This document shows, one piece after another, positions 26,751-39,300 of a stretch of DNA of 49,150 nt (positions are counted from its first letter, which is position 1; the number at the start of each line of letters is the position of its first letter). The position numbers and the translations under genes are program-made. The stretch is from positions 1 through 49,150 of the forward strand of contig JAUCBJ010003922.1 of assembly GCA_032718475.1 (NCBI GenBank), read 5' to 3'. The notes under the pieces are model-generated. The model searched no databases, was not told the DNA's origin, and saw nothing but the letters and a program-made list of their open reading frames with translations. This DNA comes from Nemertoderma westbladi (lineage: Eukaryota > Animalia > Xenacoelomorpha).

Positions 26751-26891
26751 ATATTCAGTTATGGCGGGAACGCCGGAGAAAATGCTGGAATATCTTATGG
26801 AAACCAGAATAGATGAGAAACAAACTGGCCATAAAGACACCTTCCTTAGCGACTTTCTGCTAACTCATCCTGTGTTCCTAACTACATCTCG
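26751..26891 (+). CDS. RAPGEF4: Epac exon (REM domain start)
   Basis: ttttttag|A...TCTCG|gtaagt; (R)YSVMAGTPEKMLEYLMETRIDEKQTGHKDTFLSDFLLTHPVFLTTS(R); 141 nt, phase 2 to 2. Confidence 0.92.
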
Positions 26892-29800
26892 GTAAGTGTT
26901 CCTAACTACATCTCGGTAAGTGTTCCTAACTACATCTCGGTAAGTGTTCCTAACTACATCTCGGTAAGTGTTCCTAACTACATCTCGGTAAGTGTTCCTA
27001 ACTACATCTCGGTAAGTGTTCCTAACTACATCTCGGTAAGTGTTCCTAACTACATCTCGGTAAGTGTTCCTAACTACATCTCGGTAAGTGTTCCTAACTA
27101 CATCTCGGTAAGTGTTCCTAACTACATACATCTTGGTAAGTGTTCCTAACTACATCTCGGTAAGTGTTCCTAACTACATCTCGGTAAGTGTTCCTAACTA
27201 CATCTCGGTAAGTGTTCCTAACTACATCTCGGTAAGTGTTCCTAACTACATCTCGGTAAGTGTTCCTAACTACATCTCGGTAAGTGTTCCTAACTACATC
27301 TCGGTAAGTGTTCCTAACTACATCTCGGTAAGTGTTCCTAACTACATCTCGGTAAGTGTTCCTAACTACATCTCGGTAAGTGTTCCTAACTACATCTCGG
27401 TAAGTGTTCCTAACTACATCTCGGTAAGTGTTCCTAACTATATACATCTTGGTAAGTGTTCCTAACTACATCTCGGTAAGTGTTCCTAACTACATCTCGG
27501 TAAGTGTTCCTAACTACATCTCGGTAAGTGTTCCTAACTACATACATCTTGGTAAGTGTTCCTAACTACATCTCGGTAAGTGTTCCTAACTACATCTCGG
27601 TAAGTGTTCCTAACTACATCTCGGTAAGTGTTCCTAACTACATCTCGGTAAGTGTTCCTAACTACATCTCGGTAAGTGTTCCTAACTACATCTCGGTAAG
27701 TGTTCCTAACTACATCTCGGTAAGTGTTCCTAACTACATCTCGGTAAGTGACCCTAACTGTGTGCATCTCGGTAAGTGTTCCTAAATATATACATCCTGT
27801 ATGAATGTTCCTAACTACATCTCGGTAAGTGTTCCTAACTATATACATCTTGGTAAGTGTTCCTAACTACATCTCGGTAAGTGTTCCTAACTACATCTCG
27901 GTAAGTGTTCCTAACTACATCTCGGTAAGTGTTCCTAACTACATCTCGGTAAGTGTTCCTAACTACATCTCGGTAAGTGTTCCTAACTACATCTCGGTAA
28001 GTGTTCCTAACTACATCTCGGTAAGTGTTCCTAACTACATCTCGGTAAGTGACCCTAACTACATCTCGGTAAGTGTTCCTAACTACATCTCGGTAAGTGT
28101 TCCTAACTACATCTCGGTAAGTGTTCCTAACTACATCTCGGTAAGTGTTCCTAACTACATCTCGGTAAGTGTTCCTAACTACATCTCGGTAAGTGTTCCT
28201 AACTACATCTCGGTAAGTGTTCCTAACTACATCTCGGTAAGTGTTCCTAACTATATACATCTTGGTAAGTGTTCCTAACTACATCTCGGTAAGTGACCCT
28301 AACTACATCTCGGTAAGTGTTCCTAACTACATCTCGGTAAGTGTTCCTAACTACATCTCTGTAAGTGTTCCTAACTACATCTCGGTAAGTGTTCCTAACT
28401 ACATCTCGGTAAGTGTTCCTAACTACATCTCGGTAAGTGTTCCTAACTACATCTCGGTAAGTGTTCCTAACTACATCTCGGTAAGTGTTCCTAACTACAT
28501 CTCGGTAAGTGTTCCTAACTACATCTCGGTAAGTGTTCCTAACTACATCTCGGTAAGTGTTCCTAACTACATCTCGGTAAGTGTTCCTAACTACATCTCG
28601 GTAAGTGTTCCTAACTACATCTCGGTAAGTGTTCCTAACTACATCTCGGTAAGTGTTCCTAACTATATACATTTTGGTAAGTGTTCCTAACTACATCTCG
28701 GTAAGTGACCCTAACTACATCTCGGAAAGTGTTCCTAACTACATCTCGGTAAGTGTTCCTAACTACATCTCGGTAAGTGTTCCTAACTACATCTCGGTAA
28801 GTGTTCCTAACTACATCTCGGTAAGTGTTCCTAACTACATCTCGGTAAGTGTTCCTAACTACATCTCGGTAAGTGTTCCTAACTACATCTCGGTAAGTGT
28901 TCCTAACTATATACATCTTGGTAAGTGTTCCTAACTACATCTCGGTAAGTGACCCTAACTACATCTCGGTAAGTGTTCCTAACTACATCTCGGTAAGTGT
29001 TCCTAACTACATCTCGGTAAGTGTTCCTAACTACATCTCGGTAAGTGTTCCTAACTACATCTCGGTAAGTGTTCCTAACTACATCTCGGTAAGTGTTCCT
29101 AACTACATCTCGGTAAGTGTTCCTAACTACATCTCGGTAAGTGTTCCTAACTACATCTCGGTAAGTGTTCCTAACTACATCTCGGTAAGTGTTCCTAACT
29201 ACATCTCGGTAAGTGTTCCTAACTACATCTCGGTAAGTGTTCCTAACTACATCTCGGTAAGTGTTCCTAACTACATCTCGGTAAGTGTTCCTAACTACAT
29301 CTCGGTAAGTGTTCCTAACTACATCTCGGTAAGTGACCCTAACTGTGTGCATCTCGGTAAGTGTTCCTAAATATATACATCCTGTGTGAATGTTCCTAAA
29401 CTACATCTCGGTAAGTGTTCCTAACTATATATCCTGTATGAATGTTCCTAAACTACATCTCGGTAAGTGTTCCTAACTACATCTCGGTAAGTGTTCCTAA
29501 CTACATCTCGGTAAGTGTTCCTAACTACATCTCGGTAAGTGACCCTATCTGTGTGCATCTCGGTAAGTGTTTCTAACTATAAACATCCTGTGTGAATTTT
29601 CCTAACTACATCTTGGTAAATGTTCCTGGCCCATGTGAAGAATACCAGACTTTCTGCCGTTATATTTCACTTTGCAGTTACCCCCATGTGAAGAATACCA
29701 GGTTTTCACCAAAACCACAAGTTACAGAAGGACTGAATCTAACCAAAACAATAAATGTATTAGTATATGTACAGGTTATAAGACAGAAATAAGCGCTATA

Positions 29801-32237
29801 AAACACTTAATGAAGATAAATAAAAAAAAATAAAAAATCTTGATATATAAAATTCCAATAAAAAGTCGACCGAAAAGTGAAATCCTGGTATTCTTCACAT
29901 GGGCGATGTTCCTAACTATATACATCCTGTATGAATGTTCCTAACTACATCGTGGTAAGTGTTCCTAACTATATACATCTTGGTAAGTGTTCCTAACTAT
30001 ATCGCGGTAAGTGTTCCTAACTATGTACATCTCTGAGTTTTCCTAACTACATCTCGGTAAGTGTTCCTAACTACATCTCGGTAAGTGTTCCTAACTATAT
30101 ACATCTTGGTAAGTGTTCCTAACTATATACTTCATGTGTGAATGTTCCTAACTACATCTCGGTAAGTGTTCCTAACTATATACATCTTGGTAAGTGTTCC
30201 TAACTATATACTTCATGTGTGAATGTTCCTAACTACATCTCGGTAAGTGTTCCTAACTACATCTCGGTAAGTGTTCCTAACTATATACATCTTGGTAAGT
30301 GTTCCTAACTATATACTTCATGTGTGAATGTTCCTAACTACATCTCGGTAAGTGTTCCTAACTACATCTCGGTAAGTGTTCCTAACTATATACATCTTGG
30401 TAAGTGTTCCTAACTATATACTTCATGTGTGAATGTTCCTAACTACATCTCGGTAAGTGTTCCTAACTATATACATCTTGGTAAGTGTTCCTAACTATAT
30501 ACTTCATGTGTGAATGTTCCTAACTACATCTCGGTAAGTGTTCCTAACTACATCTCGGTAAGTGTTCCTAACTATATACATCTTGGTAAGTGTTCCTAAC
30601 TATATACTTCATGTGTGAATGTTCCTAACTACATCTCGGTAAATGTTCCTAACTACATCTCGGTAAGTGTTCCTAACTATATACATCTTGGTAAGTGTTC
30701 CTAACTACATCTCGGTAAGTGTTCCTAACTATATACATCTTGGTAAGTGTTCCTAACTACATCTGGGTAAGTGTTCCTAACTATATACATCTTGGTAAGT
30801 GTTCCTAACTACATCTGGGTAAGTGTTCCTAACTATATACATCTTGGTAAGTGTTCCTAACTATATATTCATCCTGTGTGAATGTTCCTAAACTACATCT
30901 CGGTAAGTGTTTCTAACTATATACATCTTGGTAATTGTTCCTAACTATATACATCCTGTGTGAATGTTCCTAACTACATCTCAGTAAGTGTTCCTAACTA
31001 TGTACATTTTGGTAAGTGTTCCTAACTATATACATCCTGTGTGAATGTTCCTAACTACATCTCGGTAAGTGTTCCTAACTATGCACATCTCTGAGTTTTC
31101 CTAACTACATCTCGGTAAGTGTTCCTAACTACATCTCGGTAAGTGTTCCTAACTACATCTCGGTAAGTGTTCCTAACTATACATCTTGGGAAGTGTTCCT
31201 AAGTATATACATCTTAACATCTTGGTAAGTGTTAACTATGTACATCTCTCTGGATGTTCCTAACTACATCTCTGTATGTGTTACTAACTAACTATATATA
31301 CATCTCTCTGAATGTTCCTAACTACATCTCTGTATGTGTTACTAACTAACTATATATACATCTCTCTGGATGTTCCTAACTACATCTCTGTATGTGTTAC
31401 TAACTAACTATATATACATCTCTCTGAATGTTCCTAACTATCTCGGTATGTGTTACTAACTATATATACATCTCTCTGAATGTTCCTAACTACATCTCGG
31501 TATGTGTTACTAACTAACTATATATACATCTCTCTGAATGTTCCTAACTACATCTCGGTATGTGTTACTAACTATATATACATCTCTCTGAATGTTCCTA
31601 AAACTACATCTCGGTATGTGTTACTAACTATATATACATCTCTCTGAATGTTCCTAACTATCTCGGTATGTGTTACTAACTATATATACATCTCTCTGAA
31701 TGTTCCTAACTATATCTCTGTATGTGTTACTAACTAACTATATATACATCTCTCTGGATGTTCCTAACTACATCTCTGTATGTGTTACTAACTAACTATA
31801 TATACATCTCTCTGAATGTTCCTAACTATCTCGGTATGTGTTACTAACTATATATACATCTCTCTGAATGTTCCTAACTACATCTCGGTATGTGTTACTA
31901 ACTAACTATATATACATCTCTCTGAATGTTCCTAACTACATCTCGGTATGTGTTACTAACTATATATACATCTCTCTGAATGTTCCTAAAACTACATCTC
32001 GGTATGTGTTACTAACTATATATACATCTCTCGGAATGTTCCTAACTACATCTCGGTAAGTGTTCCTAACTATACATCTTGGGAAGTGTTCCTAAGTATA
32101 TACATCTTAACATCTTGGTAAGTGTTAACTATATACATCTCTCTGAATGTTCCTAACTACATCTCGGTATGTGTTACTAACTATATATACATCTCTCTGA
32201 ATGTTCCTAACTACATCTCGGTATGTGTTACTAACTA
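26872..32237 (+). repeat. 24-bp minisatellite derived from Epac exon end plus donor site, degenerating distally into 28-bp and composite units
   Basis: Unit GTGTTCCTAACTACATCTCG|GTAA equals the last 20 exon nt plus the donor. About 110 near-perfect units to ~29560, then variant and higher-order units. Confidence 0.96.
29628..29905. mobile_element. 278-bp MITE with 20-bp TIRs and 8-bp TSD inserted in the 24-bp array
   Basis: GCCCATGTGAAGAATACCAG (29629) pairs with CTGGTATTCTTCACATGGGC (ends 29904). ATGTTCCT is duplicated at 29620-29627 and 29906-29913. An extra internal TIR copy lies at ~29683. Confidence 0.85.
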
Positions 32238-32389
32238 GTTGCATCCACCGGTATGTGATTCTTCCTAACTATTATTTATTGTAGATTGTTATCGGTTGGT
32301 TTTCCTAAGTTCTCGTAAGCGCTAACCGGATAAATATATTATATTTAATTAATATTCCTTTGGTTTTCACACACTAATATTTTTGCCAG

Positions 32390-32617
32390 ACTGTGCTCTT
32401 GGATTATGTCCTACTATCGCGCGGAAACTGCTATCAGCCCTACCCCAGACTACTGTCTCGCATGTAAACTTCGCGTCGTCCAATTCACCATGCACTGGAG
32501 TTCAATCGTTCCTTACAACTTCAGCGACGAGGCCGAACTTGGTCGGTTTCTCGACAAGGTTTACTCCATGGTTGTTAATGACTCTAGAACGTTCCCTACA
32601 CTAACAGACAGCGTCAG
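32390..32617 (+). CDS. RAPGEF4: Epac exon (REM domain)
   Basis: tttgccag|A...GTCAG|gttagg; (R)LCSWIMSYYRAETAISPTPDYCLACKLRVVQFTMHWSS...FLDKVYSMVVNDSRTFPTLTDSV(R); 228 nt, phase 2 to 2. Confidence 0.85.
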
Positions 32618-33144
32618 GTTAGGTTACCAGCCAAGTTGTGTTATATTATAACCGGTTGTGTTTTCCATTTTAAGGTAGTAACTAGGTAGTAAACCGACGA
32701 GAAAGTAACATTATTTAAATTATGATAATTTTTAATGAAATTGCCTCTGCCATTTATCTCGTTTATTGTTTTGGTTATATTAACTGGAAACTTTTCGTTT
32801 CTCACAATTAATGATAATTAACATTAATTAAATTTATCAAGATCGAGTCGCGAGTCGGAAAATGACAGAATCCCCATGGCTGAGGGAAAACGTGTAATGC
32901 ATTGAACCGAAACGACAGAAACTATTCACTGGGAAGCAGCACTGCAAACTTGCGCAATCGATTTTCTGCTTGTAATATGTTGCTAAAGCTAAATTAAAAT
33001 CAGATTTCTCTTAAAAAAAATTAAAAGATGGAGAAATGTTATCTGACTAACATTAAGTTTTGGTCTACATTAACCGAAAAATTGGTTTATGTTATTAAAG
33101 ACAAAAATATACATCAAAATAAATGCTGTTTATCTAACCTGCAG

Positions 33145-33301
33145 AATGATGGAAACACAAATCAATGGACTGAAAAACTGGCCATTCAACCGAAACACGC
33201 AACTCGGTAAGAAGAAAGCGAATATGTCGGGAATAATGAGAGGCACCGAGGATTATTCAGGTCGTCTACCAATCCAACATAACGACGAATTCGTGTTTAA
33301 G
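33145..33301 (+). CDS. RAPGEF4: Epac exon (REM-RA linker)
   Basis: cctgcag|A...TTTAAG|gttagc; (R)MMETQINGLKNW...RLPIQHNDEFVFK (cf. Epac2 RQPIRGSDEVLFK); 157 nt, phase 2 to 0. Confidence 0.85.
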
Positions 33302-36300
33302 GTTAGCTGATAGGGTCACAGACGGACTATAGCAAGGTGTTTAAGGTTAGCTGACAGGGTCACAGACGGACTATAGCAAGGTGTTTAAGGTTAGCTGACA
33401 GGGTCACAGACGGACTATAGCAAGGTGTTTAAGGTTAGCTGACAGGGTCACAGACGGACTATAGCAAGGTGTTTAAGGTTAGCTGACAGGGTCACAGACG
33501 GACTATGGCAAGGTTTTTAAGGTTAGCTGACAGGGTCACAGACAGGGTCACAGACGGACTATAGCAAGGTGTTTAAGGTTAGCTGACAGGGTCAGAGACG
33601 GACTATAGCAAGGTGTTTAAGGTTAGCTGACAGGGTCACAGACGGACTATGGCAAGGTGTTTAAGGTTAGCTGACAGGGTCACAGACAGGGTCACAGACG
33701 GACTATAGCAAGGTGTTTAAGGTTAGCTGACAGGGTCACAGACGGACTATAGCAAGGTGTTTAAGGTTAGCTGACAGGGTCACAGACGGACTATGGCAAG
33801 GTGTTTAAGGTTAGCTGACAGGGTCACAGACAGGGTCACATACGGACTATAGCAAGGTGTTTAAGGTTGGCTGACAGGGTCACAGACGGACTATGGGAAG
33901 GTGTTTAAGGTTAGCTGCGACAGGGTCACAGACGGACTATGGCAAGGTGTTTAAGGTTAGCTGACAGGGTCACAGACTGACTATGGCAAGGTGTTTAAGG
34001 TTAGCTGACAGGGTCACAGACGGACTATAGCAAGGTGTTAAAAGTTAGCTGAAAGGGTCACAGACGGACTATACTATAGCAAGGTGTTTAAGGTTAGCTG
34101 CGACAGGGTCACAGACGGACTATAGCAAGGTGTTTAAGGTTAGCTGACAGGGTCACAGACAGGGTCACAGACGGACTATGGCAAGGTGTTTAAGGTTAGC
34201 TGACAGGGTCACAGACGGACTATGGGAAGGTGTTTAAGGTTAGCTGCGACAGGGTCACAGACGGACTATAGCAAGGTGTTTAAGGTTAGCTGACAGGGTC
34301 ACAGACGGACTATAGCAAGGTGTTTAAGGTTAGCTGACAGGGTCACAGACGGACTATGGCAAGGTGTTTAAGGTTAGCTGACAGGGTCACAGACTGACTA
34401 TGGCAAGATGTTTAAGGTTAGCTGACAGGGTCACAGACGGACTATAGCAAGGTGTTTAAGGTTAGCTGACCGGGTCACAGACAGGGTCACAGACGGACTA
34501 TAGCAAGGTGTTTAAGGTTAGCTGACAGGGTCACAGACGGACTATGGCAAGGTGTTTAAGGTTAGCTGACCGTGTCACAGACAGGGTCACAGACGGACTA
34601 TAGCAAGGTGTTTAAGGTTAGCTGACAGGGTCACAGACGGACTATGGCAAGGTGTTTAAGGTTAGCTGACAGGGTCACAGACTGACTATAGCAAGGTGTT
34701 TAAGGTTAGCTGACAGGGTCACAGACGGACTATATAGCAAGGTGTTTAAGGTTAGCTGACAGGGTCACAGACAGGGTCACAGACGGACTATAGCAAGGTG
34801 TTTAAGGTTAGCTGACAGGGTCACAGACGGACTATGGCAAGGTGTTTAAGGTTAGCTGACAGGGTCACAGACTGACTATAGCAAGGTGTTTAAGGTTAGC
34901 TGACAGGGTCACGGACGGACTATAGCAAGGTGTTTAAGGTTAGCTGACAAGGTCACAGACGGACTATAGCAAGGTGTTTAAGGTTAGCTGACAGGGTCAC
35001 AGACGGACTATAGCAAGGTGTTTAAGGTTAGCTGATAGGGTCACAGACGGACTATAGCAAGGTGTTTAAGGTTAGCTGACAGGGTCACAGACGGACTATA
35101 GCAAGGTGTTTAAGGTTAGCTGACAGGGTCACAGACAGGGTCACAGACGGACTATAGCAAGGTGTTTAAGGTTAGCTGACAGGGTCACAGACGGACTATG
35201 GCAAGGTGTTTAAGGTTAGCTGACAGGGTCACAGACTGACTATAGCAAGGTGTTTAAGGTTAGCTGATAGGGTCACAGACGGACTATAGCAAGGTGTTTA
35301 AGGTTAGCTGATAGGGTCACAGACGGACTATATCAAGGTGTTTAAGGTTAGCTGACAGGGTCACAGACGGACTATAGCAAGGTGTTTAAGGTTAGCTGAC
35401 AGGGTCACAGACGGACTATAGCAAGGTGTTTAAGGTTAGCTGACAGGGTCACAGACGGACTATAGCAAGGTGTTTAAGGTTAGCTGACAGGGTCACAGAC
35501 GGACTATGGCAAGGTTTTTAAGGTTCGCTGACAGGGTCACAGACAGGGTCACAGACGGACTATAGCAAGGTGTTTAAGGTTAGCTGACAGGGTCAGAGAC
35601 GGACTATAGCAAGGTGTTTAAGGTTAGCTGACAGGGTCACAGACGGACTATGGCAAGGTGTTTAAGGTTAGCTGACAGGGTCACAGACAGGGTCACAGAC
35701 GGACTATAGCAAGGTGTTTAAGGTTAGCTGACAGGGTCACAGACGGACTATAGCAAGGTGTTTAAGGTTAGCTGACAGGGTCACAGACGGACTATGGCAA
35801 GGTGTTTAAGGTTAGCTGACAGGGTCACAGACAGGGTCACATACGGACTATAGCAAGGTGTTTAAGGTTGGCTGACAGGGTCACAGACGGACTATGGGAA
35901 GGTGTTTAAGGTTAGCTGCGACAGGGTCACAGACGGACTATGGCAAGGTGTTTAAGGTTAGCTGACAGGGTCACAGACTGACTATGGCAAGGTGTTTAAG
36001 GTTAGCTGACAGGGTCACAGACGGACTATAGCAAGGTGTTAAAAGTTAGCTGAAAGGGTCACAGACGGACTATACTATAGCAAGGTGTTTAAGGTTAGCT
36101 GCGACAGGGTCACAGACGGACTATAGCAAGGTGTTTAAGGTTAGCTGACAGGGTCACAGACGGACTATAGCAAGGTGTTTAAGGTTAGCTGACAGGGTCA
36201 CAGACGGACTATAGCAAGGTGTTTAAGGTTAGCTGACAGGGTCACAGACGGACTATGGCAAGGTGTTTAAGGTTAGCTGACAGGGTCACAGACGGACTAT

Positions 36301-39300
36301 GGGAAGGTGTTTAAGGTTAGCTGCGACAGGGTCACAGACGGACTATAGCAAGGTGTTTAAGGTTAGCTGACAGGGTCACAGACGGACTATAGCAAGGTGT
36401 TTAAGGTTAGCTGACAGGGTCACAGACGGACTATGGCAAGGTGTTTAAGGTTAGCTGACAGGGTCACAGACTGACTATGGCAAGATGTTTAAGGTTAGCT
36501 GACAGGGTCACAGACGGACTATAGCAAGGTGTTTAAGGTTAGCTGACCGTGTCACAGACAGGGTCACAGACGGACTATAGCAAGGTGTTTAAGGTTAGCT
36601 GACAGGGTCACAGACGGACTATGGCAAGGTGTTTAAGGTTAGCTGACAGGGTCACAGACTGACTATAGCAAGGTGTTTAAGGTTAGCTGACAGGGTCACA
36701 GACGGACTATATAGCAAGGTGTTTAAGGTTAGCTGACAGGGTCACAGACAGGGTCACAGACGGACTATAGCAAGGTGTTTAAGGTTAGCTGACAGGGTCA
36801 CAGACGGACTATGGCAAGGTGTTTAAGGTTAGCTGACAGGGTCACAGACTGACTATAGCAAGGTGTTTAAGGTTAGCTGACAGGGTCACGGAAGGACTAT
36901 AGCAAGGTGTTTAAGGTTAGCTGACAAGGTCACAGACGGACTATAGCAAGGTGTTTAAGGTTAGCTGACAGGGTCACAGACGGACTATGGCAAGGTGTTT
37001 AAGGTTAGCTGACAGGGTCACAGACTGACTATAGCAAGGTGTTTAAGGTTAGCTGACAGGGTCACAGACTGACTATAGCAATGTGTTTAAGGTTAGCTGA
37101 CAGGGTCACAGACGGACTATGGCAAGGTGTTTAAGGTTAGCTGACAGGGTCACAGACGGACTATAGCAAGGTGTTTAAGGTTAGCTGACAGGGTCACAGA
37201 CGGACTATGGCAAGGTGTTTAAGGTTAGCTGACAGGGTCACAGACTGACTATAGCAAGGTGTTTAAGGTTAGCTGACAGGGTCACAGACGGACTATGGCA
37301 AGGTGTTTAAGGTTAGCTGACAGGGTCACAGACTGACTATAGCAAGGTGTTTAAGGTTAGCTGACAGGGTCACAGACTGACTATAGCAAGTGTTTAAGGT
37401 TAGCTGACGGGTCACAGACAGGGTCACAGACGGACTATGGCAAGGTGTTTAAGGTTAGCTGACAGGGTCACAGACGGACTATGGGAAGGTGTTAAAGGTT
37501 AGCTGAAAGGGTCACAGACTGACTATAGCAAGGTGTTTAAGGTTAGCTGACAGGGTCACAGACGGACTATGGGAAGGTGTTAAAGGTTAGCTGAAAGGGT
37601 CACAGACTGACTATAGCAAGGTGTTTAAGGTTAGCTGACAGGGTCACAGACGGACTATGGGAAGGTGTTAAAGGTTAGCTGAAAGGGTCACAGACTGACT
37701 ATAGCAAGGTGTTTAAGGTTAGCTGACAGGGTCACAGACGGACTATAGCAAGGTGTTTAAGGTTAGCTGACAGGGTCACAGACGGACTATGGCAAGGTGT
37801 TTAAGGTTAGCTGACAGGGTCACAGACTGACTATAGCAAGGTGTTTAAGGTTAGCTGACAGGGTCACAGACGGACTATGGCAAGGTGTTTAAGGTTAGCT
37901 GACAGGGTCACAGACTGACTATAGCAAGGTGTTTAAGGTTAGCTGACAGGGTCACAGACTGACTATAGCAAGTGTTTAAGGTTAGCTGACGGGTCACAGA
38001 CAGGGTCACAGACGGACTATGGCAAGGTGTTTAAGGTTAGCTGACAGGGTCACAGACGGACTATGGGAAGGTGTTAAAGGTTAGCTGAAAGGGTCACAGA
38101 CTGACTATAGCAAGGTGTTTAAGGTTAGCTGACAGGGTCACAGACGGACTATGGGAATGTGTTAAAGGTTAGCTGACAGGGTCACAGACGGACTATGGCA
38201 AGGTGTTTAAGGTTAGCTGACAGGGTCACAGACTGACTATAGCAAGGTGTTTAAGGTTAGCTGACAGGGTCACAGACGGACTATGGCAAGGTGTTTAAGG
38301 TTAGCTGACAGGGTCACAGACGGACTATAGCAAGGTGTTTAAGGTTAGCTGACAGGGTCACAGACGGACTATGGCAAGGTGTTTAAGGTTAGCTGACAGG
38401 GTCACAGGCAGACTATAGCAAGGTGTTTAAGGTTAGCTGACAGTGTCACAGACGGACTATAGCAAGGTGTTAAAGGTTAGCTGACAGGGTCACAGACGGA
38501 CTATAGCAAGGTGTTTAAGGTTAGCTGACAGGGTCACAGGCGGACTATAGCAAGGTGTTTAAGGTTAGCTGACAGGGTCACAGACGGACTATAGCAAGGT
38601 GTTTAAGGTTAGCTGACCGGGTCACAGACAGGGTCACAGACGGACTATGGCAAGGTGTTTAAGGTTAGCTGACAGGGTCACAGACGGACTATACTATAGC
38701 AAGGTGTTTAAGGTTAGCTGCGACAGGGTCACAGACGGACTATAGCAAGGTGTTTAAGGTTAGCTGACAGTGTCACAGTCGGACTATAGCAAGGTGTTAA
38801 AGGTTAGCTGACAGGGTCACAGACGGACTATGGCAAGGTGTTTAAGGTTAGCTGACAGGGTCACAGGCGGACTATAGCAAGGTGTTTAAGGTTAGCTGAC
38901 AGGGTCACAGACGGACTATAGCAAGGTGTTAAAGGTTAGCTGACAGGGTCACAGACGGACTATAGCAAGGTGTTTAAGGTTAGCTGACAGGGTCACAGGC
39001 GGACTATAGCAAGGTGTTTAAGGTTAGCTGACAGGGTCACAGACGGACTATAGCAAGGTGATTAAGGTTAGCTGACCGGGTCACAGACAGGGTCACAGAC
39101 GGACTATGGCAAGGTGTTTAAGGTTAGCTGACAGGGTCACAGACGGGGTCACATACGGACTATAGCAAGGTGATTAAGGTTAGCTGACCGGGTCACAGAC
39201 AGGGTCACAGACGGACTATGGCAAGGTGTTTAAGGTTAGCTGACAGGGTCACAGACGGACTATACTATAGCAAGGTGTTTAAGGTTAGCTGCGACAGGGT

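Noticed and set aside
26865-29370. (VPNYISVS)n and (RNTYRDVV)n ORFs as repeat proteins
   Set aside because: These are off-frame or antisense translations of the 24-bp unit. The exon frame has a stop in every unit.
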